A stretch of 63,497 nt of DNA, the filler included, from Octopus bimaculoides (Eukaryota), in NCBI RefSeq assembly GCF_001194135.2. It is 6 parts of 6 records of this genome, joined end to end, with 100 filler letters (N's around TTAATTAATTAA, not from the genome) between each part and the next. Parts side by side here need not be neighbours in the genome. Positions count along the whole stretch, not along the records: positions 31,187 to 57,008 come from NC_068983.1; 5 more parts are not named here. The stretch is one strand, 5' to 3'. The translations under genes and the position numbers were made by a program. Positions 38,524 to 51,232 of the stretch are shown here, piece by piece. The notes under the pieces are model-generated. The model was given only the letters and a program-made list of their open reading frames with translations, searched no databases and was not told the DNA's origin. Every line of letters starts with the position of its first letter. The stretch's first letter is position 1.

Positions 38524-39672
38524 CGATAAAAACTCACACCTTATTTTGCTGGGTATGATGGGAAGTGCCACATATCCACAGCCAGCAGACTAAGGTGACA
38601 TTTGTTTACTGGTTATGCTTCAAGAAACCTGCGAAGAATTCTTTCAGTTCTATGCAATGCTGATTTTTGTAGGTGTTCTACTTTCACATTCGCACCAATC
38701 TTTTTCAGCCATGTTAGTAGTTGAGTGCTTATACCTCCACGTGCACCAATTACTATTGGTACCTACTCTCTTAATTAAACCACAACCTTCGTATTTCCCA
38801 CTTCAAATCGTCATAGTTGCTTAAATATCCTTCTTTCACATTGATCATATTGTTACTAGGGCATGGTATATCGATTATCACGCATGTTCTTTTTGTTGTA
38901 TTTGCCACAACAATGTCCGGTTTCCGGTGTCTGGTCAGGTGATCGCACTGGATCATTGCATCCCACAGAATTTTGCAATTTTCATTCTCGGCGACTCCTT
39001 CTAGGGTTTGCTCATACCACGACTTTGCTCTTCGTAGGCCGTGATTTCTACAGAGCTCCCAATGGATGATTCTTGCCACATTGTCAACGCGTCTTTTGTT
39101 ATCGCGTTGTGCCAATTTCGGGCATTCGCTAACGATGTGCCATACCGTTTCACCCTTCTTACCACACATTCTGCATTTGCCGCTTTCGACAGTGTTGTCA
39201 ATTTTGCATTTCACATAGTTGATCCTTAACGCTTGTTCTTGAGTTGCGAATATGAGTGCTTCTTTCTCTATCTTCAAGTTACTCCTCCTCATCCATAGCC
39301 ACCGGTCATCTGCCTTGGCGTTCACATCTCTTACAAACCGACGGTACATTTTTTTCCTTCTGTACCTTTTCCTTCCTCTTTATTAATTTCTTGCTCAAAT
39401 TTTTCTTTTCATTACACAATTTAATGACGCCGGCCATCTTCGTATGTTTCAGCAACGGCTCTACAGCATCTTTATATACCACCCTAAGCTGTTTTCCTCT
39501 ACTTCGATACAGTCCTGGCAACTGATCAAATCTCTCCCACCCTTTCTTCTGGACAAGTACAACCTATCGGCGTCACTCTTAGGATGGAAGGTTCCGTGTA
39601 TTGTCATCATTTTTCTTGTCTTGGTATCCATTTTCATCACTTTTCTGTTTTGCCATTTTATAATTCCCGCTC
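38524..39672 (-). mobile_element. R4/Dong-type non-LTR retrotransposon, 5'-truncated copy with intact 3' end (copy 1)
   Basis: Contains GAGIIKW...DTKTRKMMTIHGTFHPKSDADRLYLSRRKGGR, the CCHC knuckle CRMCGKKGETVWHIVSEC, the endonuclease RHRKPDIVV...IIDIPCP...NYDDLKWEI and VVPIVIGARG...RILRRFLEA*, then a 3' UTR and (TAA)n. TAA/TGA microsatellite flanks both sides. Confidence 0.9.
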
Positions 39673-39806
39673 CATCATCATCATCATCATCATTATTATT
39701 ATTATTATTATTATTATTTCAGCTGTCCCAGTACAAGGCATCCTCTGGAGGCCAAGAGTAGCAAGGGCACTTTTGTCTTGCAATGCATGCTAAAATTATC
39801 ACCACA

Positions 39807-39812
39807 TTTATT
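39807..39812 (-). promoter_or_regulatory. Candidate polyadenylation signal of the DDC-like gene
   Basis: First AATAAA I found on the minus strand after the stop codon, about 310 nt downstream. No transcript evidence. Confidence 0.25.
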
Positions 39813-40124
39813 CCCTATTATTATTATTATTATTGGTCCAGATACACTATCTATAAATGTAAATGGATTATAATAATTAAAGCTGCCAAATATGATTGTT
39901 CTGTTCATAGTCCTAAAATGAATCTATGATCATATAAACTACCAAGCAACAGAAGAAGATACTGATAAATCTGCCCACTTTAAGTTTACTCGGAAATTTC
40001 TATTATTTAAACCAAAACGAATACGATTTCTTTCTATGAAAGAACAATTTTTTTATGAAAATAAATAACATTTTAAAATATTTTGTTACACTGAAAAATA
40101 TGTAACTTGATGTGAATAAATATT

Positions 40125-40340
40125 TCATTTGGAATCCAACGATACTCGGGAGTTCTGCTTTATTTTCTCGACTATTTCTGTGATCACTTTATAAGCATGC
40201 TGTACGTCTTCATATGTGGTACGGTTGGAGCAGATAGAAAACCGAAGGAAGAATGTATCATCACACTTAGATGGCACCAAGTGGATTCTTCCATCATTAT
40301 TGATCTCTTTCACTAACTGTTCATTAATTTCGTTGCTGCC
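40125..40340 (-). CDS. DDC: DDC-like gene, terminal coding exon
   Basis: A pyrimidine tract cttttccttttacctttatattcacag precedes GGC AGC AAC GAA...AAA TGA, giving GSNEINEQLVKEINNDGRIHLVPSKCDDTFFLRFSICSNRTTYEDVQHAYKVITEIVEKIKQNSRVSLDSK* (human [40 protein letters not shown]). 216 nt including stop. Confidence 0.95.
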   Translation of the reverse strand, partial: GSNEINEQLVKEINNDGRIHLVPSKCDDTFFLRFSICSNRTTYEDVQHAYKVITEIVEKIKQNSRVSLDSK

Positions 40341-40477
40341 CTGTGAATATAAAGGTAAAAGGAAAAGAATTACAGATTTATTAGCAAGGTACCTTTGTCT
40401 AAAATCGATACAATTTCATTAATACTAAGTAATATCTGAAGAGACCATAGAATGTAATTCACTTTCAGTTTCATAAT

Positions 40478-40590
40478 ATATCATCATTCATAATGTCATC
40501 ATTCATAATGTCATCATTCATAATGTCATCATTCATAATGTCATCATTCATAATTCATAATATCATCATTCATAATATATCATCATTCAT
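40478..40590. repeat. 15-bp minisatellite (tcatcattcataatg)n in the last DDC intron
   Basis: About 7 tandem copies are directly visible. Confidence 0.9.
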
Positions 40591-40959
40591 TTATTTTGTG
40601 ATTTTCTAAGGAAAAAGTTTAGTTTTCAAAGATTCAGCTTGTTACTATTGTTGTGAATATTCACCTGTTTTATTTATCTATTTCCCTCTCTCAATCTGTC
40701 TGCGTCTCTGTATTTAAATGTCCGAATGAGTGTCTGTCATTCTCAGTCGATTGATAGAATCGTTAAGGATTCGGACAAAACTTTGAGTTATTTCTTCTGG
40801 CTCTTCACACCCTGAATTTAAATCCTGTCGATCATACCTTTCTTCTATCCGGGATCGATAAATCACCGATCAAAAATTGGAGACGATTTAAATGACAACA
40901 CTCCTCACTACAATTGATGGTCCTGTTTGTACCTGTATCAGAAATATTTATCTTTTATT

Positions 40960-41620
40960 TACTGGAAGATCAGGGCTCATCCACACCTGAAGCAATGCAA
41001 CTGATACCATTAATGTTCCTGTTGAATCTTTATAAATTATTAGCTGCAGGAAAGTTCAGAGACGACGCTCCGGGAAGGACTGGGCTTAGTAATTAGTGTG
41101 GGGCCTGGTTAGGTTGATGAATGGAAGAGAGTTTAGTGGAATGCGAATATCTGGGAGGAGATAGTATGAATGCAACATTCTGCGATCACCGGAGATCGTT
41201 AGGGCCCAAGACTGTATCTGACAATGTTTTATGCAATTCAGTTGGGTGGCTTTTTCTGTGTAAGCAGTGTTCTTGATCAAAAAGCAATAATGCACTATGA
41301 ATCTCACCTGAGACTTGTAGAGTGTTAATGATTGGTGGCGAATAGAGCATCTTCAGATCTTGAAGAGAAGTAGTGTTCTTTGGATGACGGTTTAAGCTAT
41401 TTGAGAGAGGTGAGTTGACTAAGAAAGAGCTTCGGTGATAGTGAGACTTAGTAATTGTGAGTGCTCTAGTTTAGTGCTGCTCACATTTAAATAGCATGTG
41501 GGCGATATTTTCTTGATATGAAGAGCAGATGAATTATGCTGTCAAAAGAAACAAGACCAACATGTCTTCAGGTCTCAACTCATAGAATCAGTGAGGTTTT
41601 GGTGTCTATGTTGCAAGTCA
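40960..41620 (-). mobile_element. Decayed CR1/L2-group LINE 3' fragment
   Basis: Minus frames give TLYKSQVRFIVHYC, TEKATQL, QIQSWA and RPHTNY*AQSFP, similar to the post-RT region of CR1/L2-group LINEs. Many frameshifts. Confidence 0.55.
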
Positions 41621-41912
41621 ATAAATCATTAGATGAACTGCACTGTCATCTGTATTAGTGTTGCCATTGTTGAACATGACGGAAATTGATTATTGATCTA
41701 CAGAAGAAAGTGTGTGGGAGGGAACAAACCCGAAACCAAAGGCAGACTATAGAATAAGAGGCAGTAAATATCCCTTAGACGCACACAGCAATAATAATTC
41801 AAGAGACAGGAGAAACGTGGATGTCATAGGTGAGAAAAGTCAATAGATTTCTGTTAGAGTCGAATGATTTCTTTATTTCGATGGTAACAATATTATTTTC
41901 TCCAAAGTTAGG

Positions 41913-42000
41913 AGTAGAAGACGCTTGCCAAAGGTGTCCCGCAGCGGGACTGAACCCGGAACCATGTGGTTGGGAAGCAAGCTACTTACCACATAGCCAC
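41913..42000 (-). mobile_element. SINE family B, 5' part
   Basis: agtagaagacgcttgccaaaggtgtcccgcagcgggactgaacccggaaccatgtggttgggaagcaagctacttaccacatagccac is the reverse complement of 32608-32700. Confidence 0.85.
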
Positions 42001-42084
42001 ACAGACACACACACACACACACATAAACACACACACACACTCATACACACACACACATATATATATATATGCATGTATGTATTT

Positions 42085-42275
42085 GTGTGTCTATGTGTGT
42101 GTCCCCCCCACATCGCTTGATAAAAGTGGTTTGTGTGTTTACGTCCCCGTAACATAGCGATACGGCAAAAGATACCGATAGAATAAGTACTAAGTCTTAG
42201 GTCAATTTGTTCGTCTAAAGGCAGTGCTTCAGCATGGCCGTAGTCAAGTGATTGAAACAAGTAAAAGAATAAAAG
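42085..42275 (+). mobile_element. SINE 3' body/tail fragment
   Basis: gtccccccacatcgcttga...gtgtttacgtccccgtaac.tagcg...gatagaataagtact...cagcatggccgtagtcaa.tgattgaaacaagtaaaagaa. I recognise this as a common octopus SINE tail from recall; it is single-copy in this window. Confidence 0.55.
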
Positions 42276-43163
42276 AAAAAAAATATATATCTCTTACTTT
42301 TCCCTTAACAAAAGAAGTAGTCCATCCGGTGAGAGGTGAATATCGTTTAACGTCCACAGTCATGAGCCACTTATAATTTGATACCTTAAGGACGGGATCG
42401 AGACAGATTTTTATAGCTCGTGTAATCAGAGCCTGAACAATACTTGGAAACCTGCCTAGACAACGACTGTAAGGTATGAAACGATTAATAGCTCATAACT
42501 ACATACTGTGTACGTTAATTGATATTTGTGTGTGTGTATACGACGTGTCATTACACCCGGTACCCCGTGTTGACTCTTAACCACACAGTTGTAGGGGGTC
42601 TAACATTCTAACGAGTAGAGTTCTCCACTGTTTTTGATATTATTTTACTGATAAATTATGACAAATATAAATATAAAGAAATGAATATTTTTTCTTTAAA
42701 TTTTGTATATTTTGCTTCTCCTTTATTTTTTTGTTTTTAAATCTTGTGTCAATATCCTTGTGTCAAAAAAAAACCCAAAACACTATCATTATCAACATCA
42801 TCATCATCATCATCATCTACAGCATTAGTATCTGTAATGAGAGTTAGTAGGTTACTCTGTCCCGTTGTTAACAATGCTGTTTATGTTTCAATAGGTTTAA
42901 ATCTATCACAAACCAGCCATGTGCTGATAGAAGACACAATAAACTGACTTGTACGGTGACGACATGAATGGAGTTTATTGCGTTGACATTTGCAAAGTTT
43001 AAGTATCAACTGTTAATGGAAGTCTTTCTTTGGTATCGTCTCAAATATTGTGAATAAATTATTGACTTATTGCTGTTGCTGTTTGGCCCTAGGTCAGGCC
43101 TGATTCAACAGACACCTGATCCATCAAGTTCCACCCATGTCAGTGTGAATTATGTCAGGTATA

Positions 43164-43377
43164 TTCTTTTCTACTCTAGGCATAAGGCCCGAAATTTTGG
43201 GGGAGGGGGCCAGTTGTTCACATCGACCTCAGTACAAAACTGGTACTTAATTTCTCGACCCCGAAAGGATGAAAGGCAAAGTCGACCTCAGCAGAATTTG
43301 AACTCAGAACGTAAAGACAGATGAAATACTGCGAAGCATTTCGCCCGGCGCGCTGACGACTCTGCCAGCTCACCGCC
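43164..43377 (-). mobile_element. SINE family A, full length, in a DDC intron
   Basis: ttcttttctactctaggcataaggcccgaaattttggg...ccgaaaggatgaaaggcaaagtcgacctc...gaactcagaacgtaaagacag...tctgccagctcaccgcc. Confidence 0.9.
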
Positions 43378-44298
43378 CTCTTATATCAGCTATATTGTAT
43401 CAAGAAGTAACTGATGCAGTATGTCTTTCTTTTAACTTAGTATGGTGTGGCTTGAAATATTTCGTTGCTATTTCTAACAGGCCGAATAGCCATATAAAGG
43501 TACCAACTTTATAAAAGTAGAATCTCGGAATACCGAGTCCTCAATTTTCTTTTGACTCGAGCCGAACTTATTACTTTATCTAAGGGACGGATGAGCAGCA
43601 CCGTATCTGTTTCGTCATTGTAACTGCGCAGTCCTATCGACACTTGTTTACTCGAAGAAAGTTGTAGTATGTTGAGTCGGTGTCTGGTTGTAGCTGACAA
43701 CTGGATATATTATCAAGGTACTTCATATTACAAAGGAGCTAGGACCTACTCGCAGTCACCGCGAAACCGAAATAAACAGGATCGGTTCAATTCTACTTGT
43801 TCTGGTGAAGATTATAAACAAGGGTAAATGGATATTTCATTGGTAATAGTGTAATAACTACCTAAGGATATAGACTCTGGACATAGTTGTATGAATGGCA
43901 ATATCGTCAAATCTGTGACATTTACTGATATATTTAGCATACTTAAAGGTCATTTGAGCATTTGTGTTTCCATAGCAACAGCTTCTCCCCCTCTCTCCTA
44001 GAAAATAGAGAGCTATACACACCGATAGTAGATCAATCCCAGTATCAATAACTTAGTCATACAGTATACAGTGAATCTATTTTAATTAAAAAGGTATTAA
44101 TTTACGATTTCTCGTCAAAACGAAGGATAAGATGTTTTTAGTTTAATTCTTTTTCCTATATCACGAGTGTTTATTTAATAAAGTCAAATTAAAAGAGACT
44201 ACCACCACCCGTGAACTTCAATGGTTTGGTAAAATTGCATCATACTTTTGTAATTGCTCTTATTTTTCTAGGGGAAGAACTGCAGGAGCGAGCGAGCG

Positions 44299-44395
<97 letters not shown>

Positions 44396-44612
44396 CTCAG
44401 CATACTGTTGTTACTCATTTTCATTGAAGTGGACTTAAGCAATTTAAATGAAGTGCTTTGCTTCTGGATGAAACGCACTACCTGATCGAGGAAATGAGCT
44501 CATGACTTGATCGCCAACCGGACTGTACAGTTAAGTCTGTTTAGATTTGAATTCGTAATTATGAAATATTAAATTTTGTGTACCTTAAATGAATGCATCA
44601 ACGTCAACTTAC

Positions 44613-44714
44613 CTTTAAACGAAAGCAAACGAGGCTCATTACAACTTCGCCAAAGATCTCGAATCTTGCGTCAGCTTCAATCAACTTTTTAAACTCTGCA
44701 GCCAATTTGATATC
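44613..44714 (-). CDS. DDC: DDC-like gene, penultimate coding exon
   Basis: tttttatactcttag|GAT ATC AAA TTG GCT...TGC TTT CGT TTA AAG|gtaagt gives DIKLAAEFKKLIEADARFEIFGEVVMSLVCFRLK (human [34 protein letters not shown]). 102 nt, phase 0. Confidence 0.95.
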
Positions 44715-47441
44715 CTAAGAGTATAAAAAGTAGCAGGTAATTAATTTATGTTGATTAGCTGCAAATGAAACAATTAGATTTTTCTTAACAAAAGAATAGT
44801 GTTGTGTATAAGACCAGACACCGTTTGCAACTTAATCTAGTCATAGTTATTGTCCGGAGTACACCAGACAGATGGGACTGTTTTCTTTATGTCTGTCGGG
44901 TTAATGTGTGAGGGGATTATATCTAATTCGAGTAGAAATTTCCCCGTTTCTGAAAGGTGTTCTGAATATTAGATTAAATCGATAGAATCAAATTGAAACT
45001 TTCACCTATTCCTTGTCGTATATTTTCCTTGCGATACATTTGGGTACAAGAGCTGAACATACACGCAACGCATCAAAGTGTCCTTGCAGCCTGAAACCCT
45101 GAACTGTACTTATAAATTAGATACAAATACAGCTAAGGGAACTTTGGAACAGAAGGTTAAGTGTTACTTTGAAGGTTTCATCACAAGGTAAAGAATTCCA
45201 TCAAACCCGCAGACTTGCAGCCGGAAGGTTACCATCAAAACGATTCGATGCGTCCATGAGGACAAACTTATCCGCTGAAGGTGAAATGTTTTCACATAAC
45301 GTATATACAAGTTGTGTACGTATAAAAAATAAAAAAAATCTAAAACAAATGTCCGTTACTAAAAGTTTCGAAGCTTCCCAAACACATCTAATTTTACTGG
45401 TTGTGTAATACTGAAAGGCGAAGCAACTTCAACTTCTGAAAACGTTTCATTGCATTGTAAGACACATTCTTTACACAGTGAGTTCTTGTAGTGATAGTAA
45501 TATACGACAGTGCTGTTTCATGCCATAGACATCGGTTAGCTATTGTAATTTGTGAAACTCCTCACACCGGCATGGATGCACTTTCACACTCTTATATGAA
45601 TAGGAAGAGTCTATGTGGAGAATATTCTAACTTATACTGATCTGGTTATTTCTAGGGTCTTAAAGCTTTATATCAAACGATACAAGAAAGTAATTTTTCC
45701 CCTAAAAAGTGTATACACTGAATGAACGCTCCCTCCAAATCGTTGACTTAAAGTCCCATAATTCTTTGTAATACCACCAGCTAGGGTAAGGACTATTCTA
45801 AAGATAATCATCTGTGGAAGGCAGAATACTTTCAGTGTAATGGTGGATTTCTGAAGTTACAGACGGGCGTCTTAGAACCGGCTGCGGAGTCGATGAATTT
45901 TACCTGATTTAGTTTACGATGTTCTCTCGGGAAGTGTAAACAATTCTATCATTGGAAAAATTTTAAACACATAAGATATTTATATGTTGTGGAAGTGATG
46001 CCTAATGCAGGAGAACAAGATCTTTGCTTTTTCATTGAGATATTTAATTTGATCTGAAGATTGAATGAGATTATTTTGCTATTGATACCGAATCACTTCG
46101 AGAGGGTGAATGCATAATTTCCATATACACTAACTCATAACAAAAACTACTGATCGGTAGCACCTTGATATAAATGGGAGCGGGTTTTGCCGTAGATTTC
46201 TCAAAGGATAAAATGAAGAATTATCCACCGGTGCCGACTATTAAGTTTCTAATTATAGCTAGAGTTCATCGAAATTCTTGAGAATTAATAAGGGCATGAA
46301 ATTAAGCTTTCTATAGCGATACTTATATTGAGTGGTTTTAGTGTTAAGGTCTGCTCATGAAGGAATCGTCACCTTAGTATCTAAAACTCTCAGAGAAAAT
46401 AGCCTCGTTCCATAAACATAAGATTGCATTCAATTTTAAGCAACCTTTTCTTAGCACACTTACTTAGATACCACAAGATTTTTTATATACTCAATTTTAT
46501 CGTAATATACACTTTCAAAAACGAACATCGCTTCTCCCAACGTCTGCTAGAAAAGTAAAATGCTGCACCAATGCAGGTAGTGTACCTTTAACTACAGAGA
46601 ACAATCCACCTGTCCACTGAAGGGGTTGTCTCGTTTCTATGACAGTTGTGTATAAGATGACCCTATCCATGCATCATATTATCCAGAGAAATTATATTGT
46701 GTTTATCATCAGTAACGCTAAGGAAACGTTCATTCTGTATATACGCTCTTTCAAGTCTAAGAACGAGGAAATCCCACCCCACTTCTACTGATTTATTGTG
46801 GCAATGTGGCCTCCAATACAACACCCAGTTGATACTCGTCATGACTTGTACCTGTCGTCAATTTATTGATTCCAATAACTGACTTCGTCAAAAAGAACAA
46901 GTTTCAATTACTACTTAATAACAACCATATTTTAAAGTTGTGACCACCTTTCCAACTGCTATTATAGCATTCTAACGATTATAGCGGATTTTACTTTCTT
47001 GCTTGTAACGAAAACATAAATCAAACTTTCCATACAAATATTGAAGCTTCGTGATGTATAGTAAGACTCCTGCTTGTAAACATTTTTCGATTATATCATT
47101 TCAACTACGTATCTTATTCTTTAAACGGCTCAGATGGATAAAACTTATAGTAGTCCGAAACGCGTTTTCAACGAAAGTTCGTACATGTAAACACAACAGT
47201 GGTACACATGCTACAATCCTCTGACCTGAATGTGCCATGAATGTCTATTAAGATGTCATGGCTTGCATTTGCGTCTGGCTTTTGGACTTTAAACAGCTGC
47301 ATATGATTCCAGTTTGTTAAAATCCTAACACTGATGAGAATATATGAACACTGTTTTCATTACGTCTCACGCTTTCATTCCACTGGCAATATGTAATTGT
47401 ATTTCCTCCTCAGTATTTCCTAAGATGAAAATGAGTGCGTT

Positions 47442-47509
<68 letters not shown>

Positions 47510-48191
47510 NNNNNNNNNNNNNNNNNNNNNNNNNNNNNNNNNNNNNNNNNNNNNNNNNNNNNNNNNNNNNNNNNNNNNNNNNNNNNNNNNNNNNNNNNNN
47601 NNNNNNNNNNNNNNNNNNNNNNNNNNNNNNNNNNNNNNNNNNNNNNNNNNNNNNNNNNNNNNNNNNNNNNNNNNNNNNNNNNNNNNNNNNNNNNNNNNNN
47701 NNNNNNNNNNNNNNNNNNNNNNNNNNNNNNNNNNNNNNNNNNNNNNACACACACACACACACACACACACACATAAAATTATCACGAAACATAAGGATGC
47801 ACCATGCATCAACTTGGTTAGAAATAGGAATTAAAGTCCATATTCAGCCACCAAAAAAGCACCAAAATAATAGAAAACAACAGTAAGCGTGGGAAACGGA
47901 TAAAACATTAAGAAATTAAAAAGCATACCATTAAGGATTATGCCATTCAGATGCTCCTCTAGCATGGTTTCGGGTGCTGGCCCAATACACCTCAACCTTC
48001 ATCAGTATGAGTTACTGAAGAAAAATTCCAGATCCACCACGTTATAAATCCATTAGCGTTCTGGATTGTTTTGCGCCAAGACCAGTCCACACGGTACAAA
48101 TATATTTATGACCAAATATTCGAATCCTTACATTCGAAATAAGATGTTACAATTTTTAATATTGTCTGTGAGGAATAGTTGTAATTGATAC

Positions 48192-48267
48192 CAACTGAAA
48201 TATAGGCGGTTCCAGGTTTTATTGCTATATAATGCTATTACGCCTGGAACCGCCAATATTACAGTTG
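48192..48267. other. 76-nt hairpin in a DDC intron
   Basis: Arms caactgaaatataggcggttccagg (48192-48216) and cctggaaccgccaatattacagttg (48243-48267) are complementary at 23 of 25 positions. Confidence 0.7.
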
Positions 48268-48289
48268 TACCATCACTTTAATTTCATGT

Positions 48290-48370
48290 GCATTACAACC
48301 TTCTACCACGAATTTAACTTAATGAGCATTACAACCTTCTACCACGAATTTAACTTCATGACCATTACAA
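48290..48370. repeat. 36-bp tandem repeat
   Basis: cattacaaccttctaccacgaatttaactt(a/c)atga occurs twice, with degenerate flanking copies. Confidence 0.85.
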
Positions 48371-50012
48371 AATATTTTAACTTTTTGAGCTTTACAAAAT
48401 ATTTTTTTTATGCGAAAATACCATAATACTTGAAAACCAGACCATCTTTTAACTGTATTCAACTGATATGTATATATATTTATATACACTTTCTGTGTGT
48501 GTATGGCGGGGTGTATTTGTATGCAATATGTGTGTGTGTGTGTGTGTGTATGTACCGACCGCTTGCATATGACTGCGCTAATCCGGAGCAAGACCTACTA
48601 NNNNNNNNNNNNNNNNNNNNNNNNNNNNNNNNNNNNNNNNNNNNNNNNNNNNNNNNNNNNNNNNNNNNNNNNNNNNNNNNNNNNNNNNNNNNNNNNNNNN
48701 NNNNNNNNNNNNNNNNNNNNNNNNNNNNNNNNNNNNNNNNNNNNNNNNNNNNNNNNNNNNNNNNNNNNNNNNNNNNNNNNNNNNNNNNNNNNNNNNNNNN
48801 NNNNNNNNNNNNNNNNNNNNNNNNNNNNNNNNNNNNNNNNNNNNNNNNNNNNNNNNNNNNNNNNNNNNNNNNNNNNNNNNNNNNNNNNNNNNNNNNNNNN
48901 NNNNNNNNNNNNNNNTGTGTATGGCGGGGTGTATTTGTATGCAATATGTGTGTGTGTGTGTGTGTGTATGTACCGACCGCTTGCATATGACTGCGCTAAT
49001 CCGGAGCAAGACCTACTACACCTTTGCCCCTAATTTTGTCAGAGAAAATACAACACCCCTTCATTCATAATATACTTACAATTCCATTTAATAAAATTTG
49101 CTATCGATGTTTGTGCTATTAATAAAAGGTACACAATGTGCTTTAATTATTACACATGACATTAGAGCAATTAATCTTGACTGCAATGTCAAACATATTT
49201 GTTTTAATTAAAATAATTATCTAAAACATTTCACTTGTAGGGATACTGATTGTAATGTTATTGATCATCGTCAGCAAATGATGTTGTTTTGTTCACATCT
49301 CTCGAGACTTTCATTAAAATTCGTGAATTTGTAATAGTTTTATTTGCCGTCTATTTTAGATCGAATCAGTCTGTGACCAACGCTCTTCCAGGTCATCTCT
49401 CAGCCTGGTGAAGTCGATGCGTTTGTTATTCAGGATGAACTTCTGCAGGGGAGTGGTATTCGAAATGGAAAGCTGGGCAGCGAATACTAGTTTGGTGGAA
49501 GGCTGTATTGATAATGACTCGGACTGCATAACCTTTTTACTTGGATTGTGGTGAGTTGCGACAAAATTAAAATAAGGAAAAAGTGGAGAATTTGGTACAA
49601 AAGAATTTTTTGGTGTGTGCAGTATATTCTAGTTCAGAGAAATAAAGACTGTTGGTATTGTGGAAATGATAGCGAGAAAAAACCAGATTTTTGTAGCTTG
49701 GGTATCGAAGACGTTGTATTTGTATTAAATTTAATAGACATCCGAAAAGGACCAAAGTAAAGACTTTTATGAGAACGGGGAAAATAAGTACTTTGAATAG
49801 GGAATCAACAAGCACCCATATTTGTGACGACGGGAACATGGATATGAGATAGAATTCGGCAGAATGATGATGAATAAACAACTTGTTAGCAAAATGATGG
49901 TCTACCTGCCGCTTTACAGAATGCCTTTCATTGAAGTTCATGCTGAGATGTGATTTGAATTTATATCAATTTTTGGTGACATTTCTAGAAAAATTTAGTC
50001 GTTGACACTCAC

Positions 50013-50111
50013 CCGTCTTATAATTTCTTGCAATTTTTTGATGCCAAACAGTCGCAAAACAAACCAGAGTTTCAAGGCTCTAAAGCGCCTTCCTAATGGT
50101 ACATGCCAATG
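50013..50111 (-). CDS. DDC: DDC-like gene, HW-PLGRRF exon
   Basis: ttatgtctgtag|CAT TGG CAT GTA CCA TTA GGA AGG CGC TTT...AGA CGG|gtgagt gives [33 protein letters not shown] (human [33 protein letters not shown]). 99 nt, phase 0. Not called in the ORF track. Confidence 0.95.
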
Positions 50112-50541
50112 CTACAGACATAAGAAGAAGAATTATGTTCCAATATTATCGAAAAATTCCCGAACAACACTACAAGAAAAAAAAATACACAAGTTCATTT
50201 TAAAAGTAAACTAGTCTACAATCATTGAGCTAACTGAAATTAGTCTGGTTAATAAAGCAATCGCTTTTACGTCCAGGTGTTTAAAACTGAGAAATACAGT
50301 CCCCATATGAAACACTCACGAAAATGCATTGCCCTCTCACTGATGCCCTTATCCACTTTTTTAATGAGAAAAGAGAAAAGGTTTTGATACATTGATAGGT
50401 GCATGGTTTTATATTGATAGATACTATATGATATAGTTATAGAATGTTAATATGTGTATTTATATATACTAGTGGATATATACACATAGCAAAACATATT
50501 GATGGATATGTTACATTGATAGAAATAAAGAAAACACTTAC

Positions 50542-50632
50542 TCTGTAGTCTGGCATGATTCCTTCGTTCTCGTGTTTCAGATAAACAGGATCAACAGAAA
50601 AGGCCTGACTGATGTTTCGACTATCTTTTATC
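50542..50632 (-). CDS. DDC: DDC-like gene, exon with flexible catalytic loop
   Basis: gtgtttag|G ATA AAA GAT...GAC TAC AGA|gtaagt. The first G completes the TG|G Trp codon from the previous exon. Translates to IKDSRNISQAFSVDPVYLKHENEGIMPDYR (human [32 protein letters not shown]). 91 nt. Confidence 0.95.
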
Positions 50633-51232
50633 CTAAACACAAATAGACAAATAACGATAATGTTCAAGAAATGCACACATAAATGACGGTAATGTGAAAG
50701 TCTTATAGCAAGGTTTCAGTTAATATGATATAGTGATTTACACACGTGCACACACACACATACACGCACACTTACACACGCACAATATATATATATACGC
50801 TTTTCTTATGTATTCCCATCCAAAAATGGAGATAAGGATCAACGCTTTCATATGGCACCCTTCAATAATTGTGGAGATCTCTAGAATGAAACCGTGCGCG
50901 CGCGCGCGCGCGTGTGTGTGTATGTGCGTGTATGTAAGAGAGAGAAATAGATTTACTCTTTCATTTCCATTCCAGCCCAATATGAGTATGTTTCGTTATA
51001 ATAAAACCCATAAGCAACTCATGTTTCTTTTCTACTTGAAAGTAATCTTTCGTTGTGCATTTTCTCTTTATACCTGGTTATGTATCATACACATCTCATG
51101 AGAGAACAAGTTTACGACGAAATAAAACTTTAAACACAGAACTAATGTTTGAAGTGAAGAATTAAATTTAGACTAAAAGTAGAAATTCCGGAAGATGTTT
51201 GGTTAAATATGATTCCAGTCACAAGAACTCAC

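Noticed and set aside
48497-49018. Direct repeat of about 105 bp at 48497-48600 and 48915-49018
   Set aside because: Identical sequence on both sides of an N gap indicates overlapping contig ends, an assembly artefact. The same applies to 52721-52771/52782-52842 and probably 125-158/832-870.
49330-49950. Minus-strand ORF 49567-49941 and adjacent frame LSISNTTPLQKFILNNKRIDF inside a DDC intron
   Set aside because: Not part of the decarboxylase, since the flanking exons already join in frame. It may be a retroelement remnant, but I could not find a diagnostic motif.
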